Of a stretch of 64,000 bases of DNA, positions 38,501 to 49,980 are shown piece by piece. The notes beneath the pieces were generated by a model that saw only the letters and a program-made list of their open reading frames with translations, searched no databases and had not been told where the DNA came from. The stretch is from the NCBI GenBank assembly GCA_002269645.1, contig NIVC01000084.1:620001-684000 (forward strand), given 5' to 3'. The stretch's first letter is position 1. Every line of letters begins with the position of its first letter. Origin of the DNA: Macrostomum lignano. Its lineage: Eukaryota. Both the position numbers and the translations under genes were made by a program.

Positions 38501-41500
38501 GCGCAATACGCACCAACGGGGGACGAGACGGCGTCCGATGAAGCTCGGCGCAAGGTGTACCACTTCAGTTTGCAGCAAGCGAACTATGTGCACTTTACAA
38601 GCCCCATGCGTCGCTATCCGGATATTGTTGTCCACAGGGCGTTCCGAGCGGCGATCAACAATCAGCAGCAAGGCCCGGCGACAGGAGAGACGTCCGAGAG
38701 TCTTAGCGATCTGTGTGACTCGCTTCGAACCCTGGAGCGTAGAGTCAAGATGTTCGAGAAGGACTCCATGAGCTACGCCTACGCCAGCCGTCTGAAGCGA
38801 CACCCACAGCAAGAGCTCGTGGTGTTGCGCTCCATCGACGACGGCGAGATGTCCTTCACGAGTAGCCGTCTTCGCCGCATGCCCAAGACACTCGGAGTCG
38901 TGAAGATGTCCAGCTTCGGACTGGATGCTCGACCTGAGCCTCGAGGACCTGGAAAGTTTCGCTGCAAATGGAGCCGACGCATTTTCGTGCATTCTTCATG
39001 CGAAGACTCATCAAGCTACAACACTCCAGTACTTCATTACATTGGCAGTGAGGTTCGTGTTAAGCGAGACGTTTATGTCCAGCGCGTCAACTGCGATCCT
39101 GTAGTGAAGCTGCGCAGGGATTTCATCAGTTCCGGCGCCAATTACGAGTCAGTTCGGGGCCAGTTTCGCCAGCTGCAAGACGTTGTGCTTGAAGATCAAG
39201 GTGCGTGGATGATCACCTGTGAGAATGACCAGCTCGTTTTCGGAGCGAATGAGCAGCTTCTGGTGTCGGGCAAGCCAGTCCAGTTTTACCGCGAGTTCGC
39301 GGTCGGCGATATCATGCGGCTGCAGTTCCGAGCGCAGTTGCGTCAGGGCCTGCTAACTCCCAGCGTTGCTCTGATCGAAGTGTGCGGCAGCCACACGGTG
39401 TGCGTAACGCACAAGGACGATCCCGTGCGCTGCTTCGCAGAGGTGACGGATGTCAAGTCCAAGCCATCGTACCGCGACATTGACGAATACGCGACCATCT
39501 GGCAGCGCATTGTGGCCATCGAGTCTGCCACCATCGCAGCATCGACTGATGACAGCGTGATTCTGCATGAGGTGGCGCTCAACTGGAGCTACCACCAGCC
39601 CACCGAACGGTGGCTGGGTGCCTTCCATCTGCCGGAAGATTTTCGCATCAAGTATCAGCTCAAGTTTGGAACTGACGCCTCAGCTCACGATCCAATGATT
39701 GATGAGAAATTGAATGACCTTGAAGGGCAGCACGGACGCGGAGGTGGCGACAGCCTCAGCAAAGTTGCTGTAAACGAAGCTTTTGAGCTTGCTGGCGAGC
39801 GGGACAGGTACTTTCTTTTTAACTAAACACTTTACAGTTTTTATTACTATTTTTTAGTTTGTATTCTTATACTTCCTTTCAAATTTCTTTGTCGAAACAG
39901 GTACAGTGAATTTCTTTGCCTACGGTTTCCCGGCGACAGCTCCAAAGCTGCTAGTTCCCAGGACTACTTCACGGCAGTTGCTCACGGTGGCATCCTGCTA
40001 GCTTACCGAACTGTGCACGGTCGTTGCCGTAATTGTAACTTTAAAAGAGACGAAGACTTTTCCTACGACTGCCAGATTGTCGTGTTTTCACTGCAGCAGC
40101 ACGACTTGAGCCAGCGATTCGATTGGTCCAGCGTGTCCACAGCCACCGTGGAGGTGATGCAGAAGTTTCTGCCAATCCGACGCCAGGAGTTGGCGCTGTG
40201 GCGCCTTCCGGCCATGCCCAGCACATCGTTGGCGCACAAGATCGCTCTGTTGGGCTCGAGAGAAGCTCGAATCTCTGGTGCGTTCTTACCAATATTGTAA
40301 ACAGATATTACAGCACTGTCGTGTTTTTAGTTAATTGATGAAATTCAGTTCAGTTGAAGACACTTGGGTCTCGCTCAATATATTTATAGTCAAAGCATGC
40401 ACGATGTGCATTATTCAATCGTTAGCTAACATTAGCAGAATTTAGCACGTTAAACTGAGCACTGATTGTGCAATCAGATGTCAGAGCAAACAATTCAATG
40501 AGTCATGCAAATAAATCACGTTGCATTGTCACAACAAACATACTAATCGCTATGAACTTAACTAAGAATATTTTCTATTGTTCTTATCTTATATCCAATT
40601 TGTTAACCCGAAAACTTATATTTTGAAGTGAGACTTAAAAAGCTGTTTTTATAAATAGCGAGCTTACCACTCATCCCTTTTTTGGTGTAGGCTGGAAGCA
40701 CAATAATTCATTTCAGCATCTGCAACATTTTCATCACAGGCGTGCTGTGTTGTGGTTTAAGTTCTTCTTCGGAACCTGAGACTAATCCGGACAAGAATTT
40801 TAAAAGAGGAATTTTGTTTTATTTTCCTATTTTCAGTGCTACTATAGTTGCCGCGGTAATTATTTATCATCTTTTTACTTCAGACGCAAGCTACGGTGAG
40901 AAGCTGCACCAGAAAGGTGTCAAGAGCTACTCAATTGAGACTGGCTCCGAGGAGCGATTTAACGAGCACACTGGTCGCACTTACATTATGCGAAAGAGAA
41001 TTCCGTGCAATCAGGCGCAGACCGATGCAATCACCGATGCGATGAAGTACGACTTGACGCTCATCTGGGGCCCGCCAGGTAAACGGACTTTCGGCAACTT
41101 TTTAAAGCGGATTTTTCAATTACGAGTGTGTGGCTGATTTAGCTATTTATCGCTGGTGACCTAAACATTTTGAGTAACTAGATATTTAAGTCGCTGTTAA
41201 AGTTGTAAAAAATTAGTGCATCTAACTTTTTTTCAGTAGTTTTTCTGCGCAATGTAACTTAAATTTATTTTGCCAGTTAAAATTTCTTTTTCAGGGTTTA
41301 CGGCCTACGAGCATATGGCTTTAAGAATAAACAGCAATCAGTTAACTCTGCACATAAGTAAACGCAAGACGGACAAAACTCAGCCTAGAGAATTTAGCCC
41401 AGCCAATGAGAAAGTAGTAAGGAGAGAAGCCAGAGTTTAGACGGACGAAACTCCGCCTAGGCGGCAGGCCCAATCCAGCTCAGCCAATGAGAGAGCAGTA

Positions 41501-44500
41501 AGGAGAGAAGCCAGAGTTTAGACGGACGAAACTCCGCCTAGGCGGCAGGCCCAATCCAGCTCAGCCAATGAGAGAGCAGTAAGGAGAGAAGCCAGAGTTT
41601 AGACGGACGAAACTCCGCCTAGGCGGCAGGCCCAATCCAGCTCAGCCAATGAGAGAGTAGTAAGGAGGGAAGCCAGAGTTTAGACGGACGAAACTCAGCC
41701 TAGGGGGCAGGCCTAATCCAGCTCAGCCAATGAGAGAGCAGTAAGGAACGAGATCAAAGTCATTCCTAGTCAGTCGTACTTGGAATGCCCAGATGCGAAC
41801 AAGTATGTATTAACTCGTAATTGTGCCACCCCTTTTCTCTATTGTTCTCTATGCACGCTCACGGGATTCAGGCTTTTCAAGTTTTCTAGTAATCTTCAGT
41901 CTAATTAATTTATGACTGAATAATTTAGAGCCTGAGGCAATCAAAAGTCAGTAAAAGAAGGTAAAGACGCTAGTTTCAAGGATTTGCTTGTAAAATTCCT
42001 GTATTATAAGGAAAGACAAAAACGATAAATCTGTCTTTGAAAAAGAGTGGATAAGCCTCTTGTGTACTCGTATATCAATGAAATCGTTGTGACTTTCGAT
42101 GGAATCGTTGTGTATGCCGAATGTACGAGTTGCGTAAAGCCTATTGAATTTATTAAAAATCAAAACTGTATACATTTTGCCTTTAGTGCGACAACTGAGT
42201 CAGGGAGAATCGACTCGTCGCTTTTAGAGTTCAGGGGTAAGGCGCAACCTAGTTTGAGATTTTTTCCACCCATTTAAACTGCAATTTTCGGCTATAATAA
42301 ATGATTATGCATTGCATTCTTTCCCTCGCATTGCCCCAAGATTTATACTTTGGGTTTGGTCAGTGAAATAATTAATGTCATTACATTTATCAGGTCTAAA
42401 TGGGCCGTTATTTTATCTTCCCTGACCGAATCAGAAAATATATTGTTCTGTTATTAAGTCAAATGTAAATCTACTGGTGTTGCAGTTTTCTGTGTGTCTT
42501 TATGGTCATTGTGTCGAATTTTACAACCAATGAATCGCTCACTAATTTTCCATTATCGGTGGTTATGGGTTCGCTAACAGATATTTCAATCCTTACTTGA
42601 CAATAGTAACAATTAAAATATTTTCTTTCTATTTAATACAGGCACCGGAAAGACATCCACCGGGGTGATGCTCACTTACTGGTACGTCTTTGTCAATCGC
42701 TGCTTCGACGAAGGCCTGCTAGACGCTGACCAATCCGACAACCAGGATGACGATGACGACTTAAACGGCAACGTTATTGAAGACTCCAGCGCCGAGGCCG
42801 TGTCTATCAACTATTCCGAGTTCAGAAAAGAAGGGGATCCGGATGGGTCAAACGGGTCAGCCGAGGGTGGCGATGACGGCGAGTGGGAAGGCCTGGCCGA
42901 AGCTCTGCGGCTCAGCCTCGAAGACGCTGCCGAATGGAACCACGTTGGCACGAGAGGTCGCGTCTCCAGACGCTCGACCCAGAGTAGCGATTCATTCGCA
43001 GCGCTCTTTCAAAAGTCTTCTTCTTCGACGCCACTGCGACCGAAGCGCTACAATAAGCAAATGAAGACCGACGACAAAGAGCTGCAGACCCGTCGTCAGG
43101 TGTTGTACTGCGGCCCGTCGAACCGGTCTGTAGACGTTGTAGCCGAGTATTTGAAGAAAAAGCTTGATACCAAGTCTCCGGCCATTGTGCGCGTGTACAG
43201 CGATCAACTAGAGCAGAAGAAGTACCCTGTGCCTGGAGACGGACTCAACAGGAAGAACAATTCAGAATTCGGTGATGGAGACATCGATCCTATGATGCGG
43301 GTGAGAATGATGCGGGTACATGCAGTTTGGCGGTTAGGGAGACAGTTGAAGGGCACTGAGCTTGGATGGCGGGGTGGAAAGCCGTTATGCACAGTTTAAT
43401 GACCCCTGAGCTCACACCCGCACACAGATACGTACGCAATCACACGCTCACTCGGGGTGTACAGCAGTTCCGATTGTATCGCAGTCAGACATCGGCACAC
43501 AAATTCAAAAACGCAGAAGTACAAAAACTGATCTTTCAACTTAAGCTATTAAGACCTAAGTAGAATAAACCATATTCAACGCGATTCGAAACGTTTTTCC
43601 AGGAAATCGCTCTGCACGAGCTGATCCGGCAACAGCAGCGCAATCCGATCTCGTGGATTATTTTACTAGGCTTTGACGAGCTCTTTAAACGCTTCTTAGC
43701 TGAGAATAAGCACACCCAGAGGGCCTGGGTTCGCTCATTGATCCTAACAGCTAAGTCCAACTCGAGCTTTCACTCCTACTTGGAGCGGCTAGTTTTTGAA
43801 CTGCCGAGCAAGAAGCGCCGCCTAGAACAGAAAGTGATGAACTACACTGACCTACCAATTGGTTCGCTAGTAACAGCGTATAGGAACGTTTTATCTGCGG
43901 CTAAGCAACGCGTGCTGCAGCAGTTCGAAGTGATCCTGTGCACCACATCTGTGAGCTGCAGTTCAGTACTGCAGACAGCCTGCAAGTTCAGCCAAATCAT
44001 CATCGATGAGGCGGGCATGTGCACCGAGCCGGAGACCCTCGTGCCTCTAGTAGACTGCTCGTTCAACAGTACTGCAGCCGGTGCCAGTGGCAGTGCAAAA
44101 CGAGCTTCATACTTTGCCGAACGCCTGGTGCTGATCGGAGATCACAAACAACTTCGACCAATTATTCGGAATAAAACTGCTGAACAGCTCGGCTTAGGTG
44201 TGTCGCTTTTCGAGCGACACAGCCATCGGGCGATTATGCTGAGCTATCAGTACCGAATGGTAAGCGTAAATTTTGTTAAATACATTTTTAAATAGCAGAA
44301 AAATCAGCACAAACACTGCATAATTCATTCTGATGATTTAGTTTATCTGCAGGGATATGTTGATTTCCACTCAGCGTGCGCATGTCTGTGTTCTCATAAA
44401 TAGCTCTTGATACTCGAATATTTATTTATTACTTCAGTTAATGCGTTCATAGTTACTGTCACACAGATAGAATGTATATGTCCGACAGCATATGATGCAT

Positions 44501-46180
44501 TGATTATTCAATAATATCCCGCAGCACCCGAGCCTGTGCGAGTTCTCTGCCGACTACTTCTACCGCACTAGTAGGGCTCATCTGCAAACGCGACAGTCGC
44601 CATCTTGGACTGGACTTCAAGTTGACGACGTTCAGGACCCCGACCGCGAATGGAACGGCATTAACACTCATCACTTAGCCAGGCACTACGTGTTCGATTC
44701 CTACAACTTTCGCACTGAAGGCCGCGTCAGCGGTAAGCTGCGACTAGAGAACTCCAATGTGCTCATTGGCTGCTGGCCCGGAGTGCGCAGGCTGACTGAC
44801 TACCCACCCGACGGCAGCTGCCACGTCTACTCTTCGCACCGAGTTGTAAAGCCGACAGACCTGCACGTGAAAGGCGAAGAGGATCGCATTGTGTTCCTTC
44901 ACGTTGAGGGAGTCGAAGAGAAGACCACCGTGTCCACGGAAGAGGGCTCCGAGGACTCGCGTCGGAACTTGGCAGAAATTGACGAAGTGGTAATGCTCGT
45001 TATATTCCTTGGGCATCTTATAGTTGTTTACCGTTTAATCTAGCTTAACGAACGGTGTCACCACTTTTAGGTGAGGATCTACAAAGAAATTCGAAGGCGA
45101 TGCGAACGTCCTCGTCTGGCTAGCGAATCTGTGGCCGTGCTATCGCAGTACAAGTACCAAGTGATCAGCATTAGCGAGAAGCTTCGCGGTGAGGGCATCA
45201 AATCGCCTGTGGTGAAGACAGTCAACGAAAGTCAGGGTGAGTTCGAATCCAACAGAACCAATCATTGTATAATCCCATCGATGGTCCGAATGAGTTTGGT
45301 CGAGCCTTAAGAAAGCTTGTTAATCGATTAGAACTAAATGTTAGTTTTAAGCAAACCTTGGCGTGTTTGACTAAACTATTGAGTTCTTTTTCGTATGTTC
45401 ATAGGTAAGTTGCGTTAATATTGCGTAGTAAGAGCTATATGGTATTTATACTTGCATAGACTTTGATGTCATTAACGTCTTTCAGCTTCTCCATCTACAT
45501 CTATTGACAAAAGCAAGAGTTCTAAATGACGGCCAATGGTCCTAGATGTTTTTGGACAGTGTTAGTTTTCTGTATACTCGTATACTTGTAAATCTAAGCT
45601 GAAAAACATTTTTAATACATTTTTACAGGTAGCGAATTCGACTACGTCATTCTCTCCCTCGTGCGCTCGCTGCCCAACTTCGAAATTCCGAAGTCCCCGA
45701 TTCCAAGTTGGGAGCACAAGTATCTGGGATTTATTACCGATGCCAACCAGATTAATGTGGCGCTGACTCGAGCTCGCAGAGGCCTCATCATTATCGGTAT
45801 GCGCGACATCACTATTAAAGATCTTCTTAATTTGAACGGACACAGAATCAATTGAAAGTCACTCATGGGAAACGCCAAATCTTCATTACTATTTAGGCAA
45901 TCGGTTCCTGCTGCAAGCAAATCCGATGTGGAGCTCTCTGCTGTCCAGTCTGCAGAGTCGCGGCTGCGTTCCCGACAAGCCGGCCGACTTTCCCGCTAAA
46001 ACTGGCGACAAGCGCTTTTACACGCGCGACGGCAACGACCCGAAACTGTCGGGTCGCGGCAGCGGTTCGGCTAGGGCTTGGAATGGCGGCGGCGGACCGT
46101 GGAATAACAAACCGTACCAGCAGCAAGGCTTTAGGGCCATGGCGATGGATTTTCCGCAGTTGCATGGATCACCAAATTAG
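29557..46180 (+). CDS. HELZ2: HELZ2-like RNB (RNase II/R) exoribonuclease plus UPF1-like SF1 helicase, 15 exons, ~2,390 aa
   Basis: Hand-spliced exons, all GT-AG and phase-consistent: 29557-29822, 32482-32767, 33225-33649, 34059-34415, 34582-34838, 37044-37674, 37847-39807, 39901-40277, 40884-41078, 42642-43300, 43603-44259, 44525-44989, 45071-45236, 45629-45796, 45897-46180. RNB motifs TIDNPDTRDIDDAIS and HFTSPMRRYPDIVVHR. Helicase motifs GPPG|TGKT, IIDEAG, GDHKQLRP, QYRMHP, QGSEFD, NVALTRAR. Start uncertain (in-frame ATG at 29526 or an upstream exon). Symbol means HELZ2-like; orthology not tested. Confidence 0.85.
29880..32465. repeat. ~2.6-kb (CT/CTGT)-type polypyrimidine low-complexity tract, intronic
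   Basis: Direct observation; lies between donor at 29823 and acceptor at 32481. Confidence 0.97.
35234..36970 (+). mobile_element. Crypton-like tyrosine recombinase DNA transposon inside intron 34839-37043
   Basis: YR gene flanked by imperfect inverted repeats (ttttgcgggat...cccgga at ~35234-35279 versus 36929-36970), a 10-bp IR ccatagacaa/ttgtctatgg and a 17-bp direct repeat; exact ends uncertain. Confidence 0.7.
35416..36730 (+). pseudogene. Tyrosine recombinase (CryptonA/DUF3504-like) with one frameshift at ~35940
   Basis: Catalytic set R (ALRGGEEH), K (SKT), HxxR (NHSLRAT), H (TGHRS), Y (RCYKR). Frames 35416-35946 and 35822-36730 join as LVRES-LDAAMK if AG is restored in a gagag run. 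Confidence 0.85.
41365..41748. repeat. 81-bp tandem repeat (~4.5 copies) containing CCAAT motifs and palindrome CCGCCTAGGCGG, intronic
   Basis: agccaatgag recurs at 41401, 41482, 41563, 41644 and 41725. Confidence 0.9.
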
Positions 46181-47177
46181 TGTCAGCTGCCTGTTGACTG
46201 GGCTATAGCAGCCGAACAGCCAGCTTGTGGTTCGTTTTCAGCTTCAATGTTTTTTGTATCGCTCTTATTCCCTAACCCTCAGTAGCTTGTCATGCATCGT
46301 TGTTCTCTTCCTGTTGTTTCTTCTTTAAAATTTTTTATCGTTTTTAAACGTAGAAAGTTCAAACAAAGTGTAATCTTTTTACCGTTTTATCGGTTTCAAT
46401 ATTTATCTTTTTTAATTTGCTTTTAACAACCGATTCATCTGTTTTTTATAGTTACTGTAGTGTTTTGAAGGTTTTTCTAAACATAAATCATTCTTCATTG
46501 TCAGCAATATTTCTTCTGTTAAATATAGTGTTCGTGCTTTTTTCATCTATATAATCAAAGCTGTATCTTGTTCGATTTCTTATAAATATCTTATTCCATC
46601 TTTTTGATAAGATTTATAGCTAACATCAAAGAGTTTCTTGTTCGAGTGCGGAATACTACGAGCAGCTATCTGACGTAGCTCGTAGCTTGATGGAATTATA
46701 TAATTTTGTTTTCTTTCTCATTTTTTCTACAAAAGTTTGTACTTCACCGCTTTTCACCTTAATATCCAGTTTTATTATTTGTTTTATTGTAGTTGCTTCC
46801 GCAAAAAATTCTAATATCTTTCACAGTTTGTTCGAGTAATTATTCCGGTTTTTAATGTTATCGAAACTGTATTATCGAAATACACTACAGCTTCTGATGA
46901 CTTACTCCAGAAAATCATCAAATCAGAAAGAAATTTCGCATATTTCATTCATTTCAAAATTTGATTTGAGAGCCTCATGCTTTGGTCGTGATATTATAAG
47001 GGATCGTACATTGCCACTGTTCTTGCTGATGTGAGATCTAGAGGAGGCTGTAGTGATCCACCGCTGCTGCACTTTTCCTGATCTGTACGTCAGCTTCAAA
47101 AGCGACGATCGACGCACCCAAGGACTACTCAAGTAACATATACATGTATATAGGACGCTACACTCGAAATCTATGGT

Positions 47178-47440
47178 AAATGTTTTGAAGGCAACTTTTC
47201 GCCGAAGAATACACTACAGTGGTTGTCATTATTTTAAACGTTTTTTCAACGTGACAGACCAATTTAACATGAAAAATCAATTAATGCGTCGTTAGAGCAG
47301 CATGTGAGGCACAAAATAGTGTGATTAGAACTTTCTCTGACACTGTTAAGAGACCCAATCGCTGTTTTAGTGTTAAAAATCGTGAAATTTCCAATCTCCG
47401 TAGTGTATTTTTCCGGTGAAACCTGCCTCTAAAACTATTT
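47178..47440. repeat. Imperfect ~40-bp inverted repeat pair (foldback/MITE-like)
   Basis: aaatgttttgaaggc...aatacactac (47178-47217) versus gtagtgtatt...ctaaaactattt (47400-47440). Confidence 0.5.
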
Positions 47441-47693
47441 CGCACATATTTCGCACTATTTCGTACATTATCTACTTCTATGTCTACTTGTATATGTACA
47501 TTAATCCCTATCTATCCCGATTCTATATGTACATTGTCTACTTGTAGATGTACACTGCATACTTCTATACTATATGTACTTGAGCATTAAACCCCCCTAT
47601 CTACTTCTATGACAATTTCTATATGTACAGTTGGGTTCACGGAAAGACACGATTTTTCTATGGAATCGTTCTGGAATTCTATAGAATTCTATA

Positions 47694-47828
47694 AGTAGTA
47701 GGGGAAATGTGGACTCTGCCGCAGGAATTTCCGTGGGAAAACCACGGGCCTATAGTGTGTAAACATAGCGCCTATGTAAATGCATTGGTGGACTCTGCCG
47801 CAGGGAAAGCCACGGAATTTCCATGGGG
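47694..47828 (+). repeat. Maverick left terminal inverted repeat
   Basis: Reverse complement of 59697-59831. Confidence 0.95.
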
Positions 47829-48698
47829 GGGGGGGGTCGGAGAGCGAAATATACGGGCTTTTCATATGACCGATTCCAGGACCAGAATCGGTTCGAAGCT
47901 TTTCATATTGTCTGTTCCGTTTTCATAGTCGGTTCCAAAACCGCGATCCGATTCTGGAATTCGGTTCGAGAAATTTTCTCGATCTTTTATCGTATTTCTA
48001 TAGAAACGAAAGGACGAATTTGAAATAACATTTCAAACATTTGAAAAGAATACTAGTTTCTAGATTTTAAATGAAAATGTTTTTATCCTTTGAGAAGTAA
48101 TTAAGCTAATTAGACAAAAAAAAGAAAAATTTGACGCTTTTCATTTTCCTACTACTCGATCTTCAATGAAAAAAGCCGAATAGAGCTCTATGTAAATGGA
48201 TTGGTGGACTCCGCCGCAGGGGAAAGCAGCACAAGTTCCTGGGAAGCCCAAAACTGACTCTCTAAAAATAGTAAAAAACTTCTCTAGTGTACATTAGCCA
48301 TAGTTAATTGAAAATTGGGCGAACCTGGCTTCCGATCTCCACAATATTTAAACTTTGTTGGCAGTGGGAATACATAGGCCTATGTTCATGAGTTCCTCCG
48401 CACTTTAGTACGAGTCTCGCAAACTGGACTGAATTTGTTGTGAAAGTGAGCTTGCAAAGCGCCGTTTATTGCCTTGTTATTGTTTTTCTTGATACTGCTG
48501 ATTTGGGCGCGGGGAAGTGGGGTGCAGGTCTGGGGTGGAGGTCTTTAAAACTAACTGATGCACGCGACGGGGGGAATGTTATCAGTTTTATTATTATTAT
48601 TGCTCAATAACGGTAAGAAAATAATTAGTGCATACACATATGTAACGTTTAAACATATCTGTATGTGTACATATAGGCGATATTGCCTGGTGATTTGG

Positions 48699-48708
48699 AT
48701 ATAAGGAC
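48699..48708 (+). promoter_or_regulatory. TATA-like box ATATAAGGAC upstream of the left-arm ORF
   Basis: About 100 nt upstream of ATG 48809; identical 10-mer upstream of the first right-arm gene. Confidence 0.5.
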
Positions 48709-48808
48709 TGAAAACTTCTACTGAGCCATTAAAATATATTTTGTTGAGATTTAAACGGACTTCGAAATTTCAAATTTTCACAAAAAACCCTTGATTAAAT
48801 TTTAAACC

Positions 48809-49720
48809 ATGAGCCATTCTCGGTGCCCATCCTACGTTCATGAGGTGTGTGTCACCTGCAATATTAGTATGCTCGGTGGACTAAAGCACCATGTAGCGAA
48901 TGAAGGCTGCAGTGTCACCCGATGGCTACTATGCCATGAATGCCAGTCCGTTGAGCTCTTCACCGTTAGAGGCCAAATCAAAAGGCATAAAAATCATTCG
49001 ACTGTTAATTGGAGCTCTGCTGAAGACCGCGAGCAGGCACGCATTACTGCTCTGGAAGTTGCACGTCAAGAGGAACGCAACAGGGCGGCAGAACGCATTC
49101 GAGACCCGGTGAGCACTTTGAGTCAAGTTATCACGAGCTTATGCGGCCGAGTAACGAACACTGGTGACCAGCCCAACGCCCAGCCTGCTGCTGCTTCTGC
49201 TGCTCTACTTGATGATGATGTCGGAGCTCCCCTGCTTGATGCTGCTGATGGAGGTGGCACCCCTGACTTCGAGCTGAATGAGCTGGACACCGCTTTCTTC
49301 GAGAACCTCGATGGTGAGCCTGAAGCACAGGAGCAGCAAGAAATGCAACAGCAGCAGCAGCGGCGTGCAATCCCTGTTCCCGAAAAAAATATGGAGCGTG
49401 CCAGGATGCTGGCAGAAGTCAGCCTGTCCGACGTGATTCGCGATATGGACTCGGGCCCTGCGCCTCCACCACCGCCGCCACCGACTGAGGTTCAGCCTGC
49501 GGTCGAAGTCAGCCTGTCCGACGTGATTCGCGATATGGACTCAGGCCCTGCGCCTCCACCACCGCCACCACCGACTGAGGTTCAGCCTGCGGCCGCTAAT
49601 GAAGTGCAGCAGCCAGCACCTCTCTGCATCCAGCTGGTTCTGCCCAACAGTGTTACGGGTGAATATTGGATTGACTTGGGAGGGGCTTTCCGTATTCGCC
49701 TGAGCAATTCTCAATTCTAA
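48809..49720 (+). CDS. Maverick accessory protein, 303 aa: N-terminal Cys/His cluster, acidic-hydrophobic middle, duplicated Pro-rich 30-aa repeat
   Basis: CVTC..HH..CHEC..HKNH; PDFELNELDTAFFENLD; EVSLSDVIRDMDSGPAPPPPPPPTEVQPA x2. No family recognised. Confidence 0.7.
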   Translation: MSHSRCPSYVHEVCVTCNISMLGGLKHHVANEGCSVTRWLLCHECQSVELFTVRGQIKRHKNHSTVNWSSAEDREQARITALEVARQEERNRAAERIRDPVSTLSQVITSLCGRVTNTGDQPNAQPAAASAALLDDDVGAPLLDAADGGGTPDFELNELDTAFFENLDGEPEAQEQQEMQQQQQRRAIPVPEKNMERARMLAEVSLSDVIRDMDSGPAPPPPPPPTEVQPAVEVSLSDVIRDMDSGPAPPPPPPPTEVQPAAANEVQQPAPLCIQLVLPNSVTGEYWIDLGGAFRIRLSNSQF

Positions 49721-49980
49721 ACTAATAATTCTAATGTACCAGTCGTTAAATATTAATTTAGCAACATTTTGTGTTGAATTAAATTGCGAGATGCATGATT
49801 ATCCGTATATTGAAAAAGTGAATAATGTTTATTTTTCTTTTCAACATCTCATCGCTATTTTTAAAGTTCATATTTATGCAGGCAGTGCGCGTTGATCAAG
49901 CTGTGCTTGGGTGTGAATGCAGATTGGGTTTGATTCTGGTTGGGTTTGCAATCTCCTTCTTTAACTTGTGCTTCTAATAA

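Noticed and set aside
38000-39628. Minus-strand ORFs opposite the RNB exon (and similar ORFs opposite Copia and Maverick genes)
   Set aside because: Antisense shadows of GC-rich coding sequence
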